From Octopus sinensis (lineage: Eukaryota), in assembly GCF_006345805.1 (NCBI RefSeq), contig NC_043005.1, forward strand, positions 88,908,001 through 88,972,000: a stretch of 64,000 bases of DNA, written 5' to 3'. The first letter of the stretch is position 1. Every line of letters starts with the position of its first letter. This document shows, piece after piece, positions 12,495 to 26,101 of this stretch. The notes under the pieces are model-generated. The model saw only the letters and a program-made list of their open reading frames with translations, was not told where the DNA came from and did not search any database. Position numbers and translations under genes: made by a program.

Positions 12495-12980
12495 TACCAA
12501 CTTGCTGCCGACCAAAGCTGGTCCTATGAAACAAACTTTCTGTTTTACGGTGATAATCAAAATTGCACATCAGATTTAGGTTCCAAGCAGCAGCTTAATA
12601 ACAGTTTCAAATTTTGGCACAAGGCCAGCAGTTTCGAGGGAGTTGGGGTAGGTCAACTGCATCAACCCCAATATCTAACTGGTACTTATTTTATCGATCC
12701 CGAAAGGATGACAGGCAATGTTGACCTCAGTGGAATTCCAACTCAGAATGTAAAGACGGACGAGATTCTGCCAAGAATTTGTTCCAGTCTGTTAATGATT
12801 CTGCCATCTCACCACCTGAAGTAGCAGCTTAATAATGACAAAGTTATTCCACTACATTCTTCGTTATTTCAAAATTAATTAGAACAAAGGCTGTGTATTT
12901 CAGAAATGTGGTAAGAAATGGCTTAGTTATTTTACTAAATTCTTTGAAACAAATACAGTGAATTTCATCCCAAATACGGT
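12495..12980. mobile_element. Interspersed MITE-like repeat interrupted by a minus-strand SINE (12602-12822) with 13-bp TSD
   Basis: AGCAGCTTAATAA at 12589-12601 and 12823-12835 flanks the SINE. Confidence 0.7.
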
Positions 12981-13174
12981 AACAAATATGTTTATAGCCA
13001 TTGTGCCTGGTTTGATGGATAATATTTTCTTATTCGTATGTTGTTATGTAAATCCATAGAAAGATAAGCCTAGCTCTGTCTCTTTACTAATTGTGCTGGT
13101 TCCATGATGGGTGGACTAACAAAAGGGGCGAACAACAAAACAAATAGCAAGTCTGAAAGTATCTAAATACTTAC

Positions 13175-13356
13175 AAAGTTGAGAGTATAAGGTGCCAAAG
13201 CGCCGCCAACACGTGCACAGATGGCCAAAGACCCCAATGCACCGTTTCTTATACAAGTTGGATATAATTCCAAAGAGTATAAAATCACGATTCCAAAAGC
13301 TGCAGTGATAAACAAACGGCCTAATATCGAACTGGCAGTTAACATCCATCGATGGG
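13175..13356 (-). CDS. SLC22: SLC22 coding exon 8 (TM10-TM11)
   Basis: TTTTTCTTTTTCAG acceptor; AHRWMLTASSILGRLFITAAFGIVILYSLELYPTCIRNGALGSLAICARVGGALAPYTLNF (EL(F/Y)PT..RN motif); TTT|GTAAGT donor; 182 nt. Confidence 0.93.
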
Positions 13357-14699
13357 CTGAAAAAGAAAAAGATAAAAGACAGAAGTCTTTAGTAAAAGAG
13401 AGAAAAAACCCTTTTCGTATTTCCCAGGCATGTGAAACCTTATATAATCTTTGAATGGCTAACTAAGCTGTACATAATTTCAATAATCCATTCTCTGGTT
13501 TCTCTAAAAGAGTTTGGATAAAATAATGGAAACATCGGATTAAATGGAAATTTTATTATTTAATATGGAATTGGTCCATGTTTGGCATTAATCACAGATT
13601 TAATATGTTGAGGAATTGACGTGTACAAGTCCTGGATGAAGGGAATTTTGATTCATTCTTCAAATAAAACCTTCTTTAGATCTTTCCACAACAATGGTAG
13701 AAGGAAACAGCTCCTCCCTTGTTACACCAAAATGCATCATAAACGTTCAGTTATGTTTGGGTGGAATGATTGTAGGGGTGGTCTACTTCATTTTTGTGCT
13801 CTTCTTACCAATTCTGAATAACAGTCTTTTGAATTGTCACATTATTGCCCTGGAAGATTGTGCTCCCACCAGGGAACAATATTTACACCACTGGATGGAT
13901 ATGACCAGCTAAAATACTCCGATAATCCTAGGCTTTAAATCTGCCATGTCGTGCCAAGAGAATTTCATATTTTGGCTACCTAGATAATCACAGAGCCACT
14001 TTCATTCTTCACAACTGGGACTAAGCAGTCAGTGTTGAAGGCTTCTTTGCGCTGTCTCTAGATATAAACTTACCCCAAATTTATAAAATAGAGTGAATGA
14101 GGATTCACCAGAGAAGATGACATTGTTCCTTGCGTGTGTGTATGTGTGTGACTCTCTCTTCCCCTTTCTTCACTTTTTAATTTGCTCTCCCTTCCCCTCA
14201 CCTCAGCTTCCTATAAAACTCCTGTTTATTAAATCTATTTAAACGCTTCAGCCAAATGTAAGTTTTGTATTATTCACTTTTCTGTCCGAAGAATTTCTAA
14301 TAGGAAATCTCTGACATGTTTATCAAATATGTAAAACTTTGTAATTCCTACTCACAAACGAAATGTGTGTAATGGGGAATAAATAATACCAAAAAATATT
14401 CCAACTTCCTGGTTTGTTATAATATAACTCTGCAAACAATATTTCCAGAATTTCCAACTCTCATTTGTACCTCGCATCAATACAACAACAATAACATACT
14501 GGATTGTAATAATGGAATAAGCAGATGCGATTCAAGAAGAAACAGCTGCGATTTACCCTACCTACCTACATAATGTGTGTGCGTGTGTATGTATATATTT
14601 ATTTATATATGCTTTGTTTCTATCTGTTTTCTTTCTTTATATAACCCTAACCCTGAATGACCTGAATCAGGGGTGGATTATATAGGAATGACGCTCTTT

Positions 14700-15065
14700 T
14701 CCCTATCTGTATGACTAATAAGGTTAATCTAGAAAGGTCCCTGAAAAAAACTTCTTCAATTCTTTAAGCATCTCGGTCTTCTCTATCGCGAGAGAAAATC
14801 ATCATACTAAGGTTAACTTCTTTTATGTTACTGTGGATGTCAGTACTGAACTACACCAACCGTTTCATAGACCCGATGTGTGCTTCAGGTAAGTGAGTAA
14901 CACTTCTAATCATTCTAGGAGCATCATAGACTCTATTGTTAAAAATATATCAAATCGTATTTCAAGGCTTTCTGCTAATGAGGACGGATCTGCACAAAAT
15001 CAAAATTACTATAACCACGCATTATCCGAAGTTTGGTATAAGGACAAAATTTGTTATATCCAGAA
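14700..15065 (+). mobile_element. Degraded Penelope-like RT C-terminal fragment
   Basis: Broken frames give KVNF..VTVD.ST..HQPFHRP and SNHSRSIIDSIVKNISNRISRLSANE. Confidence 0.6.
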
Positions 15066-15274
15066 TTAGTTTACTAATAAAATTCCTGGAAATGATAGAA
15101 TATTAAATATGATGGAACTTTGTAGCGACTGTACAAAAAATAAAAAAACAAGTAGAACGAGCAATCTTATTTAATTAAGCTAAATAATAGCAAAAATAAT
15201 GAATTGAAGATCAACATATGATTAACAAGCATAGATTCAACCCCATAGATACTAAATAAATGGTTGGTATAAAC

Positions 15275-15416
15275 ATTAACAACAACAATAACAATAATAA
15301 CAACAGCAATAATAATAACAACAACAATAATAATAATAACAACAACAACAGCGACAACAACAATAACAGCAACAACAATAGTAATAGTAATAATAATAAT
15401 AATAATAATATTGATA

Positions 15417-15513
<97 letters not shown>

Positions 15514-15587
15514 TAATAATAATAATAACGATAATAATAATAATAATGATAATAATAATGATAATAATAATAATAATGTTAATAATA

Positions 15588-15618
<31 letters not shown>

Positions 15619-15620
15619 TG

Positions 15621-15669
<49 letters not shown>

Positions 15670-15794
15670 TGATAATAATAATAATAATGATAATAATAAT
15701 AATAATGATAATAATAATAATAATAATAATAATGATGATGATGATGATAATAATAATGATAATAATAATAATAATAATGATAATAATAATAATG

Positions 15795-15831
<37 letters not shown>

Positions 15832-15832
15832 G

Positions 15833-15880
<48 letters not shown>
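15275..15880 (+). repeat. (AAT)n/(AAC)n/(GAT) compound microsatellite
   Basis: Direct reading; upstream flank of the R4/Dong LINE. Confidence 0.97.
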
Positions 15881-15882
<2 letters not shown>

Positions 15883-17996
15883 GAACAAGCACCTGGACGA
15901 AAAGAAACTGTTCCCAGAAGAGCAGAAAGGATGCCGCAAGGGCTCATATGGCTGTAAAGATCAACTAATGGTTAATAAAGCCGTAACTGAAGACAGCCAC
16001 AGAAAGAAGAAAGGCCTCAGTATGGCCTGGATTGACTACAAAAAGGCGTTTGATAGCATCCCCCACACATGGATCCTCGAAACACTAGCCATTAACAAAG
16101 TAGCACCAACAATCATAAAATTCATAGAGCACTCTATGAATAAATGGCAAACAGTCCTACACCTCCAAACAAAAGAGGGACTCATGAAAACCAAAGACAT
16201 CCCCATTAGAAGAGGAATATTCCAGGGAGACACGCTCTCTCCACTCCTTTTCTGCTTGGCACTGTCACCTCTATCTGATATGCTAAATAGAACTGGATGC
16301 GGATATAAATGTTACGGCAAAACGATCACCACCTTTTATATATGGATGACCTAAAACTATACGCTGCAAATGACAAACAGCTGGAAACACTATTAAAGAC
16401 AGTTCATGGATTTACCAAAGAAATAGATATGAAATTTGGATTAGAAAAATGCGCCAAAGTAACCATGAAAAGAGGAAAACTAGTTAAGAGTAACAACATC
16501 ACACTAGATAAAACCAATGAAATAAAAGAATTAGACCAAAGCCAAACTTACAAATACTTAGGAATCCATGAACTAGATAAGACACAACACACACAAATGA
16601 AAGAGAAAATAAAAAAAGAATATTATAGACGAGTTAGATCAATACTAAAAACAGAGCTCAATGCTAAAAACAAGATAATAGGTATCAACACTTTAGCTGT
16701 CCCAGTTATAAGTTACAGCTACAATATCCTTAACTGGACACGAAATGAACTGTCCAAAATAGATAGGAAAACAAGAAAAATACTGACAGGATCTAGGATG
16801 CATCACCCAAAATCTGACATAGAAAGACTATATATACAACGTATAGAAGGTGGTAGAGGCCTTATACAGCTGGAAAACTACTATAAAATAACCACCATAG
16901 GACTGCAAAAATACCTACTTCAGAAGGAAGGAAAACTGATCCAGATAGCAACAAAACACGAGCAAAACAAAAAACTGTTCTCAGTATTTAAGGAAGCTGA
17001 CAAATACAAACAAGAAATCATACCACCTAATAAACACAAAGAAGAAGAAGAAGATGATGAAGAAACAACAAAAGCTATAAAACAAATGAAATCCAAACTA
17101 AAAATAGAACAGCAACGAGCCATGATAAAACGATGGCAAGAAAAAGCCCTTCATGGTAAATACTGCACTAAACTAAACGCAAAAGAAATAGACAAAGAAA
17201 AATCCCAGCAATGGTTGAGAAGCTCAGGACTCAAAGCAGAAACAGAGGGATTTTTAATTGCAGCACAAGACCAAAGCCTCCCCACCAGAAATTACCAAAA
17301 ACATGTAATGAAAAGAAATATTACAAGTAACTGCAGAATATGTGGAGATGGACAAGAAACAATAAATCATATTATCTCTAGCTGCCCAGTCCTGGCTAAG
17401 AAGGAATATATTCACAGACATGACAGAGTTGGAACCTACATACATTGGAAGCTATGCCAACATTATGGAATAACAACAGAAAAAGATGGTATAGGCACAC
17501 ACCAGAAAAGGTCACAGAAAACGAGAAAGCAACCATACTCTGGGATATGCCGATACACACAGATAGAGAAATTAAGGCCAACAGACCAGATATAGTTGTC
17601 AGAGATCATGAAGAAAAAAAATGCTTTCTAATTGATGTATCAATACCGGCAGATGACAACGTGTCTCTAAAAGAAATGGAGAAACTCTCAAAATACAAAG
17701 ACCTGGAAATAGAGATAACTAGAATGTGGAACCTGAAAACAGAAACAATTCCTATCATAGTAGGTGCATTAGGCATGATAAAAAATATTCAGACAAATAC
17801 ATAACAAAAACACCAGGACTTACAAACACATATAACATACAGAAAATTGCACTACTAGGCACTGCACACATACACGCAGAACACTTTCCATACAATAACC
17901 ATCAGAGCATCACAACAAAATCACAGCACATACCCAAGGCACACAGAGCTGCGCTCGGTAGTGAAGTGAAAGCACGCTATAAAAATAAAACTACTG
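15881..17996 (+). mobile_element. 5'-truncated R4/Dong-like LINE (RT + CCHC + restriction-like endonuclease)
   Basis: WIDYKKAFDSIPH, GIFQGDTLSP, HLLYMDDLKLY, CRICG...HIISSC...RHD, KANRPDIVV..DVSIP..KE.EK..KY.DL; frameshifts near 16330 and 17480; (AAT)n on both sides. Confidence 0.93.
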
Positions 17997-18027
17997 AATA
18001 ATAATAATAATAATAATGATAATAATA

Positions 18028-18079
<52 letters not shown>

Positions 18080-18081
18080 TG

Positions 18082-18119
<38 letters not shown>

Positions 18120-18138
18120 AATAATGATAATAATAATG

Positions 18139-18175
<37 letters not shown>

Positions 18176-18231
18176 TAATAATAATAATAATAATAATAAT
18201 GATAATAATGATAATAATAATGATAATAATG

Positions 18232-18283
<52 letters not shown>

Positions 18284-18320
18284 TAATAATAATGATAATA
18301 ATAATGATAATAATGATAAT

Positions 18321-18550
18321 AGGATGAAATGTAAAGAAGCAGAAAAGAGTGAGAAATACCAGCCACTGCGGGACGAGATAGGAAAGCTATGGGGCATGAG
18401 GAAAATAATGGTGATACCGGTGGTAATTGGAGCATTAGGAGCAGTTTCCAAGGGCTTTGAAAGACATATTAAAAATATTGGAGCTTGAATTGATCCAGAA
18501 GACAGCATTGTTGGGTAGAGCTCGCATTCTAATGAGAGTATAGTCACTTT
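18321..18550 (+). mobile_element. Second, divergent R4/Dong-like 3' fragment following the (AAT)n array at ~17997-18320
   Basis: EAEKSEKYQPLRDEIGKLWGMRKIMVIPVVIGALGAVSKG (REL C-terminus). Confidence 0.75.
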
Positions 18551-18622
18551 GAGTCACAGGAGAAGGCCTACTTTCAAGAAAAGAACAACCGCAAATAGAA
18601 CAGCGAGAATAAAAACGACAGC

Positions 18623-18655
<33 letters not shown>

Positions 18656-18779
18656 TATAATAATAATAATAATAATAATAATATTAATAATAATAATAAT
18701 AATCTTATTTTGTGTATCTTCACAAAATATTAATATCTAGCTAAATTTATATTGAACTGAAACTCCTGTAATGAAAAAA

Positions 18780-19240
18780 CCGCTTTGCCATGAGACGGAT
18801 GCAACCATCCTCCTACCCCACACCTTCACCGTATTCAAACTGGAAGGGAGGCAATTTTTTTTTTAATGAACTCTTACGAGGCAATGACTACATCTAAGAG
18901 GCAGAAGCAATCACAGCGCTTGAACACCCCTTCTCGGAGACGGAAACTCTAGAAATGAAACCAGGATTACAGGAATCCTGTATCTTAGGGTGGAGTTCCT
19001 GCCAGCGATGGTGTTACGGGAGAAAAAATCCTGGGGGTTGTGCAACCAAAAATTCACTAAACCTCATCATGAATGCTGAAATGTCAAATGAAAATAGAAA
19101 TGAGAACGGTGCGAATGAGGCTGGGACACCTTGTGAATGTTTCTCGCCCTGCGGGTGCCCCACGGGTGCCCCACGGGTGAGCAGCGTGGGCCCAGTCGGC
19201 ATCAAGCAACTGCTAAAAGGACATGGATAAAGAAAGGAAT
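18780..19240 (+). mobile_element. Probable RTE-type LINE 5' region relic
   Basis: Resemblance to remembered octopus RTE 5' sequence only; no intact domain. Confidence 0.3.
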
Positions 19241-19759
19241 GCGGCTGTAATGGAGTACTACTTTCTGGGTAATCCGAGAAATGATAATGAAGTACCCGCT
19301 AGGGGATATAGGAAAAGAATGCACAGGTTCATGGAGGTAAAAGGTAGGTAAAAAAGAAGAGGTGATGAAACGCGCAATGGGAGAAAAGGGACAAAAATGA
19401 AATACAAAGAGAGCACGTCAGGTCGAAGAGAAACGCCTGCATGGCCAATTTTGGAGAGCCACTGAAGACGTATGTGGAACAAAATACACACACACACACG
19501 TACTTTTATATGTGCACATACTTGTGTGTCGTCTGTACTGTTTATCTATATATAATTGTGATAATTTGACGCAAACATTTAAAAAATGTTGAATCAACGT
19601 CTCTTTTAAATACAAGCTGAAAAGAAATAGTGAAAGAAAGAATAATGTATTCATTGAAACCAGAGGCGATGAAGAGCTTAGCAGACGACCCACCAAAGTT
19701 ACTTGACAGGTTTCCAACTGTTTGGTATTGGTTTGAGAGTTATAAAAAATTAATATTGA

Positions 19760-20120
19760 ACAGGCACAGACATGGCTGTTTTGTAAGAGGTTTGCTTCCC
19801 AACCACATAGCTCTGGGCTCAATTCCACCGTGTGGCACCATGGTCAAGTATTTTCTATTATAACCACGGGTCAACCAAAGCCTTGTGAGTGGATTTGGTA
19901 AAATGAAACTAAAATAAATTCGTTTTATATTTGTGTTTGTCTCCTCTCATTCCTCGACAACTGGTGTGTTTACGTCCCTGTAACTTAGAAGTTCAGTTAA
20001 AGTGACCGATAGAATTAAGCATTAGGCTTTATAAAATGAGTCATTTGACTACAACTTCTTCGAGGTGATGCCTCAGCATGGCCGGGCTCTAATGATTGAA
20101 ACAAGTAAAAGATAAAAGAT
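19760..20120 (+). mobile_element. SINE with LINE-like 3' tail
   Basis: Core TTGTGAGTGGATTTGGT; tail GGTGATGCCTCAGCATGGCC...TGAAACAAGTAAAAGATAAAAGA. Confidence 0.78.
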
Positions 20121-20123
20121 CAC

Positions 20124-20157
<34 letters not shown>

Positions 20158-20484
20158 ATCAGGTCATCCCATAAGTTCTGTTGGACTTTACATTTTTTTA
20201 AATTGAATGAAATTTAATAGTATTTTAGAATGTCTAATGGAATTAAAAATTATTTTTATGCGTTTGTGTAAATCTAAACTAATTAAATATTATTTTACAG
20301 AATAATAGAATTAAAATTTCTTTGATTAAAACCTTTCCTAATCTCAGCTCTTCATGGATTGACAGCATACCACATTCTGGAATCGCTGGAAATCGCTGGA
20401 CATTTTCAAAATTTCTCCTGTGATTTCAGATTTTTTAAAGTATATGTCACTATGGAACACGAAACTCTAATTATATCATTCTAA

Positions 20485-22195
20485 TGGAGTATTGCACTCA
20501 AACAATATTAGCAAAACCTGTGGCATAAACTGTGGCATTTTCCAAGGTAACTCACTTTCACTACTAATTTTCTCCATAGCACTAATACCACTCTCAAGTG
20601 AACTGAATAGAACAGCTTATGGCTACAAAATTGACAACAGGAAAATAAGCCATCTATTTTATATGGATTATTTAAAACTATATGTCAAAGATGATGAAGA
20701 GCTTGAAGGACTACTACATACTGTGAAAAGATTCAGTGATGATATCGGGATGGAGTTTGGCCTTGGAAAGTGTGCCAAAGCCACTTTTAAGAAAGGGAAA
20801 TTAGTAAAGTCAAGTTTAATCGAATTAGATGTCGAAACAGTAATAAATGAACTTGAGCAGGAACAAACCTGTAAATATCTAGGAATAAATGAAGGCTCTG
20901 GTATCCAGCATGCAAGCATGAAAGAGAAGGTTAGGAAGGAATGTTATAGAAGAGTTCGAGCAGTCCTGAAGTCTGAGCTGAATGCATATAATAAGGTTTT
21001 AGCCATAAATTCCTTAGCAGTACCAGTTGTTCTTTATAGATTCAATGTGCTTAACTGGAATACCAGTGAAATAATGAAAATTGACAGAAAAATCCGTAAG
21101 CTACTGACTTGTAATAAGATGCACCATCCAAAGGCAGACGTGGATCGTCTTTACATTCCCAGAGCTCAAGGAAGTCGAGGCTTGATCCAGCTTGAACTTA
21201 CGTACAAAACCACCACAATCGGACTGCCCAAATACCTTGAAACAACCAACGTTTGGATGCTAAAACTTGTTGAGAAACATGAAAGACTGAAAAGACTTCA
21301 CTCTATTTTCAAAGAGAGCAAAATATTTGCTATTGATCTCTTAGATACCTACCAGATTGATCAGGTTGAAGGAAATGCGCCAACTGCTGCTGCAAAGAAA
21401 ATAAAATTAATTGCAAATTAGCTAGCAGATGGGAACAGAAACCTCTGCATTGCAAGTATGTGGCCCGTAGCAAACAAGCTGATGTCGACCAGAAACACAC
21501 GCACCAAAGGTTACAAAGCTCAGGGCTAAAAGCAGAGAGAGAAGGTTTCATATTAGCTGCTCAAGACCAAAGCTTATTAACCAGGAACTACCAAGCCAAT
21601 GTGATAAAAAATGGAGCTGACCCAAAATGCCGATTCTGTAACGATGAGATTGAAACAATAGACCACCTAATCTCAGGGTGTAGAGTCTTAGCACCTTTAG
21701 AATATAAAGCAAGACATGACAGAGTCGGCCAATATTTACACTGGACAATATGTCGGCATTATAAAATCAAAACCGCTGGGAAATGGTATAAACACCATCT
21801 TGAAGCTGTGACCGAGGGAGAAAATGTGTCGATTCTATGGGATCCCCGTACAAAACGACAAAACTATAAAAGCTAATAAACCGGATATTATTATAAAATA
21901 TCAGACAAAAAGGTGTGTTTATTAATTGGCATGAGTATTCCTTGCGATCACAATATAGCGGCGAAAGAATTTGACAAGATTAGTAAATATAAAGACTTGC
22001 TAATAGAAACTGAAAAATGTGGCATCTCAAGGCGACTACAGTACCAGTGATTGTAGGATCTCTAGGAATGAAAAAAAAGGTACTGAAACCTATTTGAAAA
22101 TGATACCAGGCTTAGCATCCCTACAGGAAGTGCAAAATATCATATTAACTGGAACAGCTCATGTACTGAGAAGAGCATTATCGCTGTGAAAACAT
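20485..22195 (+). mobile_element. R4/Dong-like LINE, 5'-truncated, degraded
   Basis: GIFQGNSLS, HLFYMDYLKLY, MHHPKADVDRLYIPR, CRFC..EIETIDHLISGC...RHD, VIVGSLG. Confidence 0.9.
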
Positions 22196-22462
22196 CCATT
22201 CATGAATTTATTTATTAATTTTTTAAATACATATTTTACCTGTGAATTTGCGTTTGTAATATGGGAATGCATACGATGAGCTTCTCTGCCCAAGGTGTAC
22301 GGAAAACACTCGGCGAGAAACGGAAGAAAATTTGATGAAAGAAGACAATAATGATAATAATAATAATAATAATAATAATAATATTGATGCTGCTGCTGCT
22401 GCTGCTGATGATGATGATGATAACAAAAAGAACAAGAAGAACAATAATAATGATTCGTTTAC

Positions 22463-22689
22463 CTTTTGTGCCGTAGAGAACGGGAAATATTCCAGCGATA
22501 CAAGTGACTCCAGTCAAAACCATCTGGCTAGTATGCAATTTTTTTCTTCCGACACGATTTAACAGAAGTATGCACAGAGTATAGGCCGGAAACTCGACAA
22601 TCGCATTCAAAAAAAAATTCATATAGAGATTGCCATACAATTTGCCAACATTAAGAGTAAGGCCGTAATATACCATACTCACAGTCGCC
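22463..22689 (-). CDS. SLC22: SLC22 coding exon 7 (TM7-TM9)
   Basis: TTTTATATAG acceptor; ATVSMVYYGLTLNVGKLYGNLYMNFFLNAIVEFPAYTLCILLLNRVGRKKLHTSQMVLTGVTCIAGIFPVLYGTK; G|GTAAAC donor; 227 nt. Confidence 0.94.
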
Positions 22690-23769
22690 CTATATAAAAG
22701 AAATGAAACATTTTATATAATGTACAAACATGCACAAAAATTGCAGACCAAACTCTGGTTAGATGGCTACGTAATTTCTTAGAGAGAATTATAATAATTT
22801 TTGAACGTTGAGACCAACAGCAAGTAAAGTTATACAACTAACTGTCTAATATAGACAACTAAGACAACTCAACAACTGAGGCAGAGTTAGCCAACAAGAG
22901 CCAGTTAATGAAAGTAACTTTATATTTTTGGATAAATGGCAACTTTAGTGCGTTGGATAAATGGTGAGTAGATGGTTTGTATGTGTATGTGGCCTTCTTT
23001 AGCTTATGTGTGCATGAAGTGTTTATGAAGTAGAAAATATTCACTGAATTGTCAGTAGTCTCTGACACTTGTTAGCCTTCGGTAATTCTTAGTGATATAG
23101 TTGTCTAAATTTGATGAAGGGCCCTGCCTAAATCACCATATCCTTCCTCTTCTTCACAGTAAATAAATATCTAAAATGGTTTGTCAGTTTAACTCATGGT
23201 CTCAGCAGACAAATTAGAAATGGTGTTGTCTCAGATGCACTGGAACAGCCACTCTGACCCACAGATGCACTGGAACAGCCACTCTGATAGTGGTGAGCAG
23301 TGACTTGGTTGAGGGCCGAGAATGCTTGACGTCTCCACTGACGCAGGCTTGACCACAAACCTGTCAGAGAATGGCCAATACTTTGATAACTTACTTTTAG
23401 GGTCTTGTTACCATGGTTTTTTTTCAATTAATTTTGAAAATAAAGAAGAATTTAATAAAATGATTTGCCCATAATTAAGACTGGAACAAATAAACATGAA
23501 ATTTTAATGGAAAATTTCAAATTAGATCAAACAGGAAGTCTGTATGATACAATAAGGGACATTCTCATGTGGGTTGATATCAAAAGGGTCAACTAAGTTT
23601 TACTTCTCATTTTATTATTCTTTGCTTTGCTCTAAAAAGAATTCCTTTATTTCATTTTCATGTAAGCATCCTTGCACACTTAGTATCTTTGATATTCCTT
23701 CAAGTTTGACTCTACATGAATTTCTTGCAAGAAAACTTCCACAAATATCTGCATCATTCTGATCAATAT

Positions 23770-23893
23770 AGGTGCATGCATGGCTGCGTGGTAAGAAGTT
23801 TGCTCCCCAACTACATGGCTCCAGTTTCAGTCCCAGTGCGCGGTAACTTGAGCAAGTGTCTTCTATCCTAATCAACGGGCTGACCACACACAC

Positions 23894-23952
<59 letters not shown>

Positions 23953-24180
23953 CTATGTGTGGTTCTTTGTCTATGTGCTTGTTCCCCTACCACTGTCTGA
24001 TAACCTCTGGTGGTTTGCTTATGTCCCCATAACTTAAGGCTTCAAAGAAACCAATGAAATCAGCACCAGAATTTAAAAAGTCAGAGGTCAATTAATTCAA
24101 GTATATGTTTTTTCAAGACGGTGCCCCAGCATGGCCGCAGTCAAATGGCTGAAAGAAGTAAACGATAAAAGATAAAGAGT
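23770..24180 (+). mobile_element. SINE with internal (CA)n
   Basis: Same head, core and CCCCAGCATGGCCGCAGTC tail as other copies. Confidence 0.78.
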
Positions 24181-24213
24181 ACTCAGAAAAATGGTAAATG
24201 TAATATCACTTAC

Positions 24214-24426
24214 CAGTTTAGCATCAAAATTAGGGTCCGTTTTAGAAGCTGAGGAATGGTAAACATTTTCCAGATTTCTACTTTTTTTTTGTTCGATGAG
24301 AAAATGTTGACGATTTCTGTTTGAGGCAAAATTGTTTTATTCAGTTTGGCGATGTTGCTAAGAATTAATTTGGCATCTTTTGTTCTCTTTTTATTGAGGA
24401 GCCATCGGGGAGACTCGTCTAGGAAA
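24214..24426 (-). CDS. SLC22: SLC22 coding exon 6 (ESPRWL intracellular loop)
   Basis: TTTGCAAG acceptor; FLDESPRWLLNKKRTKDAKLILSNIAKLNKT...KMFTIPQLLKRTLILMLN(W); TG|GTAAGT donor; 213 nt. Confidence 0.92.
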
Positions 24427-25294
24427 CTTGCAAATAGAAAACGGAAAATACAACAGCAACAACACACACACACATACACACACACACAAACACACAAACA
24501 CACACACACACACAAACACACATATATATATACATACATTCAGATAATACATACATACATACAAACAGACAAATAAGTAAATAGACATTTGTTCAAGGTG
24601 CCATACAGTGAGACTGAACCCAGAACCATGTGTTTGGGAAGCAAACGTCTTACCACAAAGTCACGCCTGCATCTTTGATGTTAATAAAGATGTTTAAAAG
24701 TCAGGTGAAGCCTGTATTTAAAGCTTCTTAAGTTACTCGTCTCTAAACATCGAATGCTTTCGCCCCAAAAGAAGAACTAATCTACATAATTGGATTCAAA
24801 CGAAGGTACAGGGGTTAGATCAGAGTTTTCCTTCCACTAGAGAGATATCTAAACAAAGACTAAGGGTTCCTCACCCCCAGCTGTCCATTGACGGGTTTCG
24901 TTTCTCATCCAGGAGTGTGTTCGACATAAACACACCCCAGCCCCACCCGCCTTCCCAAGCAAGCTTTTTAGGGTTGTAGGTTTCGTCGCCAACAATGTAA
25001 CGGGTTGTATATACATATACACATACGTGCACCCTAACACATACACATACACGTACACATACGCACATATCCATTCATCTACCCATATATACATCCATAC
25101 ATATATACATATATGCACCCATATATACTTAAGTACGTCCGTATATATAAATCCATGCACCCATACGTTCATTTACTCATACGTACATACATGCATGTAT
25201 TGATACATACACCCAGCCATATTTATATCTGTGTAACCATACAGGTATAAATGCATCCATCCATCCTTCCACCCATACACACATGCATACCTAC

Positions 25295-25466
25295 CAGACA
25301 TAGGCGACACCGAGCACCAGTGACGGAATTGATATTATGATCATCAAAGTCCTCCAGGTCCTCACAAAGTAAGTCAGAAGAGAAAGGATCATGAGTCCGA
25401 CGGTAAATACCATTTGGATGGCAATGGAAGATTTCATTCTACTGTTCACCGAAGACACTTCAGAAG
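25295..25466 (-). CDS. SLC22: SLC22 coding exon 5 (TM5-TM6)
   Basis: TTCTAG acceptor; [57 protein letters not shown] (R.WR.L motif); TG|GTAGGT donor; 172 nt. Confidence 0.92.
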
Positions 25467-25628
25467 CTAGAATTTGAAACAATGATGATGAGGAAAAACA
25501 AAGACAACAATTACGAAAATGATGATATAAAGAGGGAATTTATAATACATACACACACGCACACACACACAACACGCGCGCGCGTGCACGCGCGTGCATA
25601 TATATATAAGGGTATAATAATATATATA

Positions 25629-25671
<43 letters not shown>

Positions 25672-25947
25672 GTATATATGTATATATATATATATATATA
25701 AATGTATATATATATATATATATATATAAATGTATATATATATATATAAATGTATATTATATATATATAAATGATATTATATATATGCATATATATGTAT
25801 ATATACATATAAATGTGTATATATATATACATATATATATATACACATTATATGTAATATACATATAAATGTGTATATATATATATACATATATATATAC
25901 ATATATATATACATATAAATGTCTGTATATATATATATATATTATAC

Positions 25948-25978
<31 letters not shown>

Positions 25979-25985
25979 CATATAT

Positions 25986-26017
<32 letters not shown>

Positions 26018-26049
26018 GATATATATATATACATATATATATATATACA

Positions 26050-26101
<52 letters not shown>

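Noticed and set aside
13621-13912. Possible mariner remnant or small exon (KRSVMFGWNDCRG)
   Set aside because: Only one short motif-like match; no TIR or splice support.
15167-15947. Poly-I, poly-L and poly-N ORFs, including the poly-N leader on the Dong RT
   Set aside because: (AAT)n array translations; the LINE is 5'-truncated at 15881.
22236-22462. Hydrophobic read-through after exon 7
   Set aside because: Compound AAT/GCT/GAT microsatellite downstream of a good GT donor.
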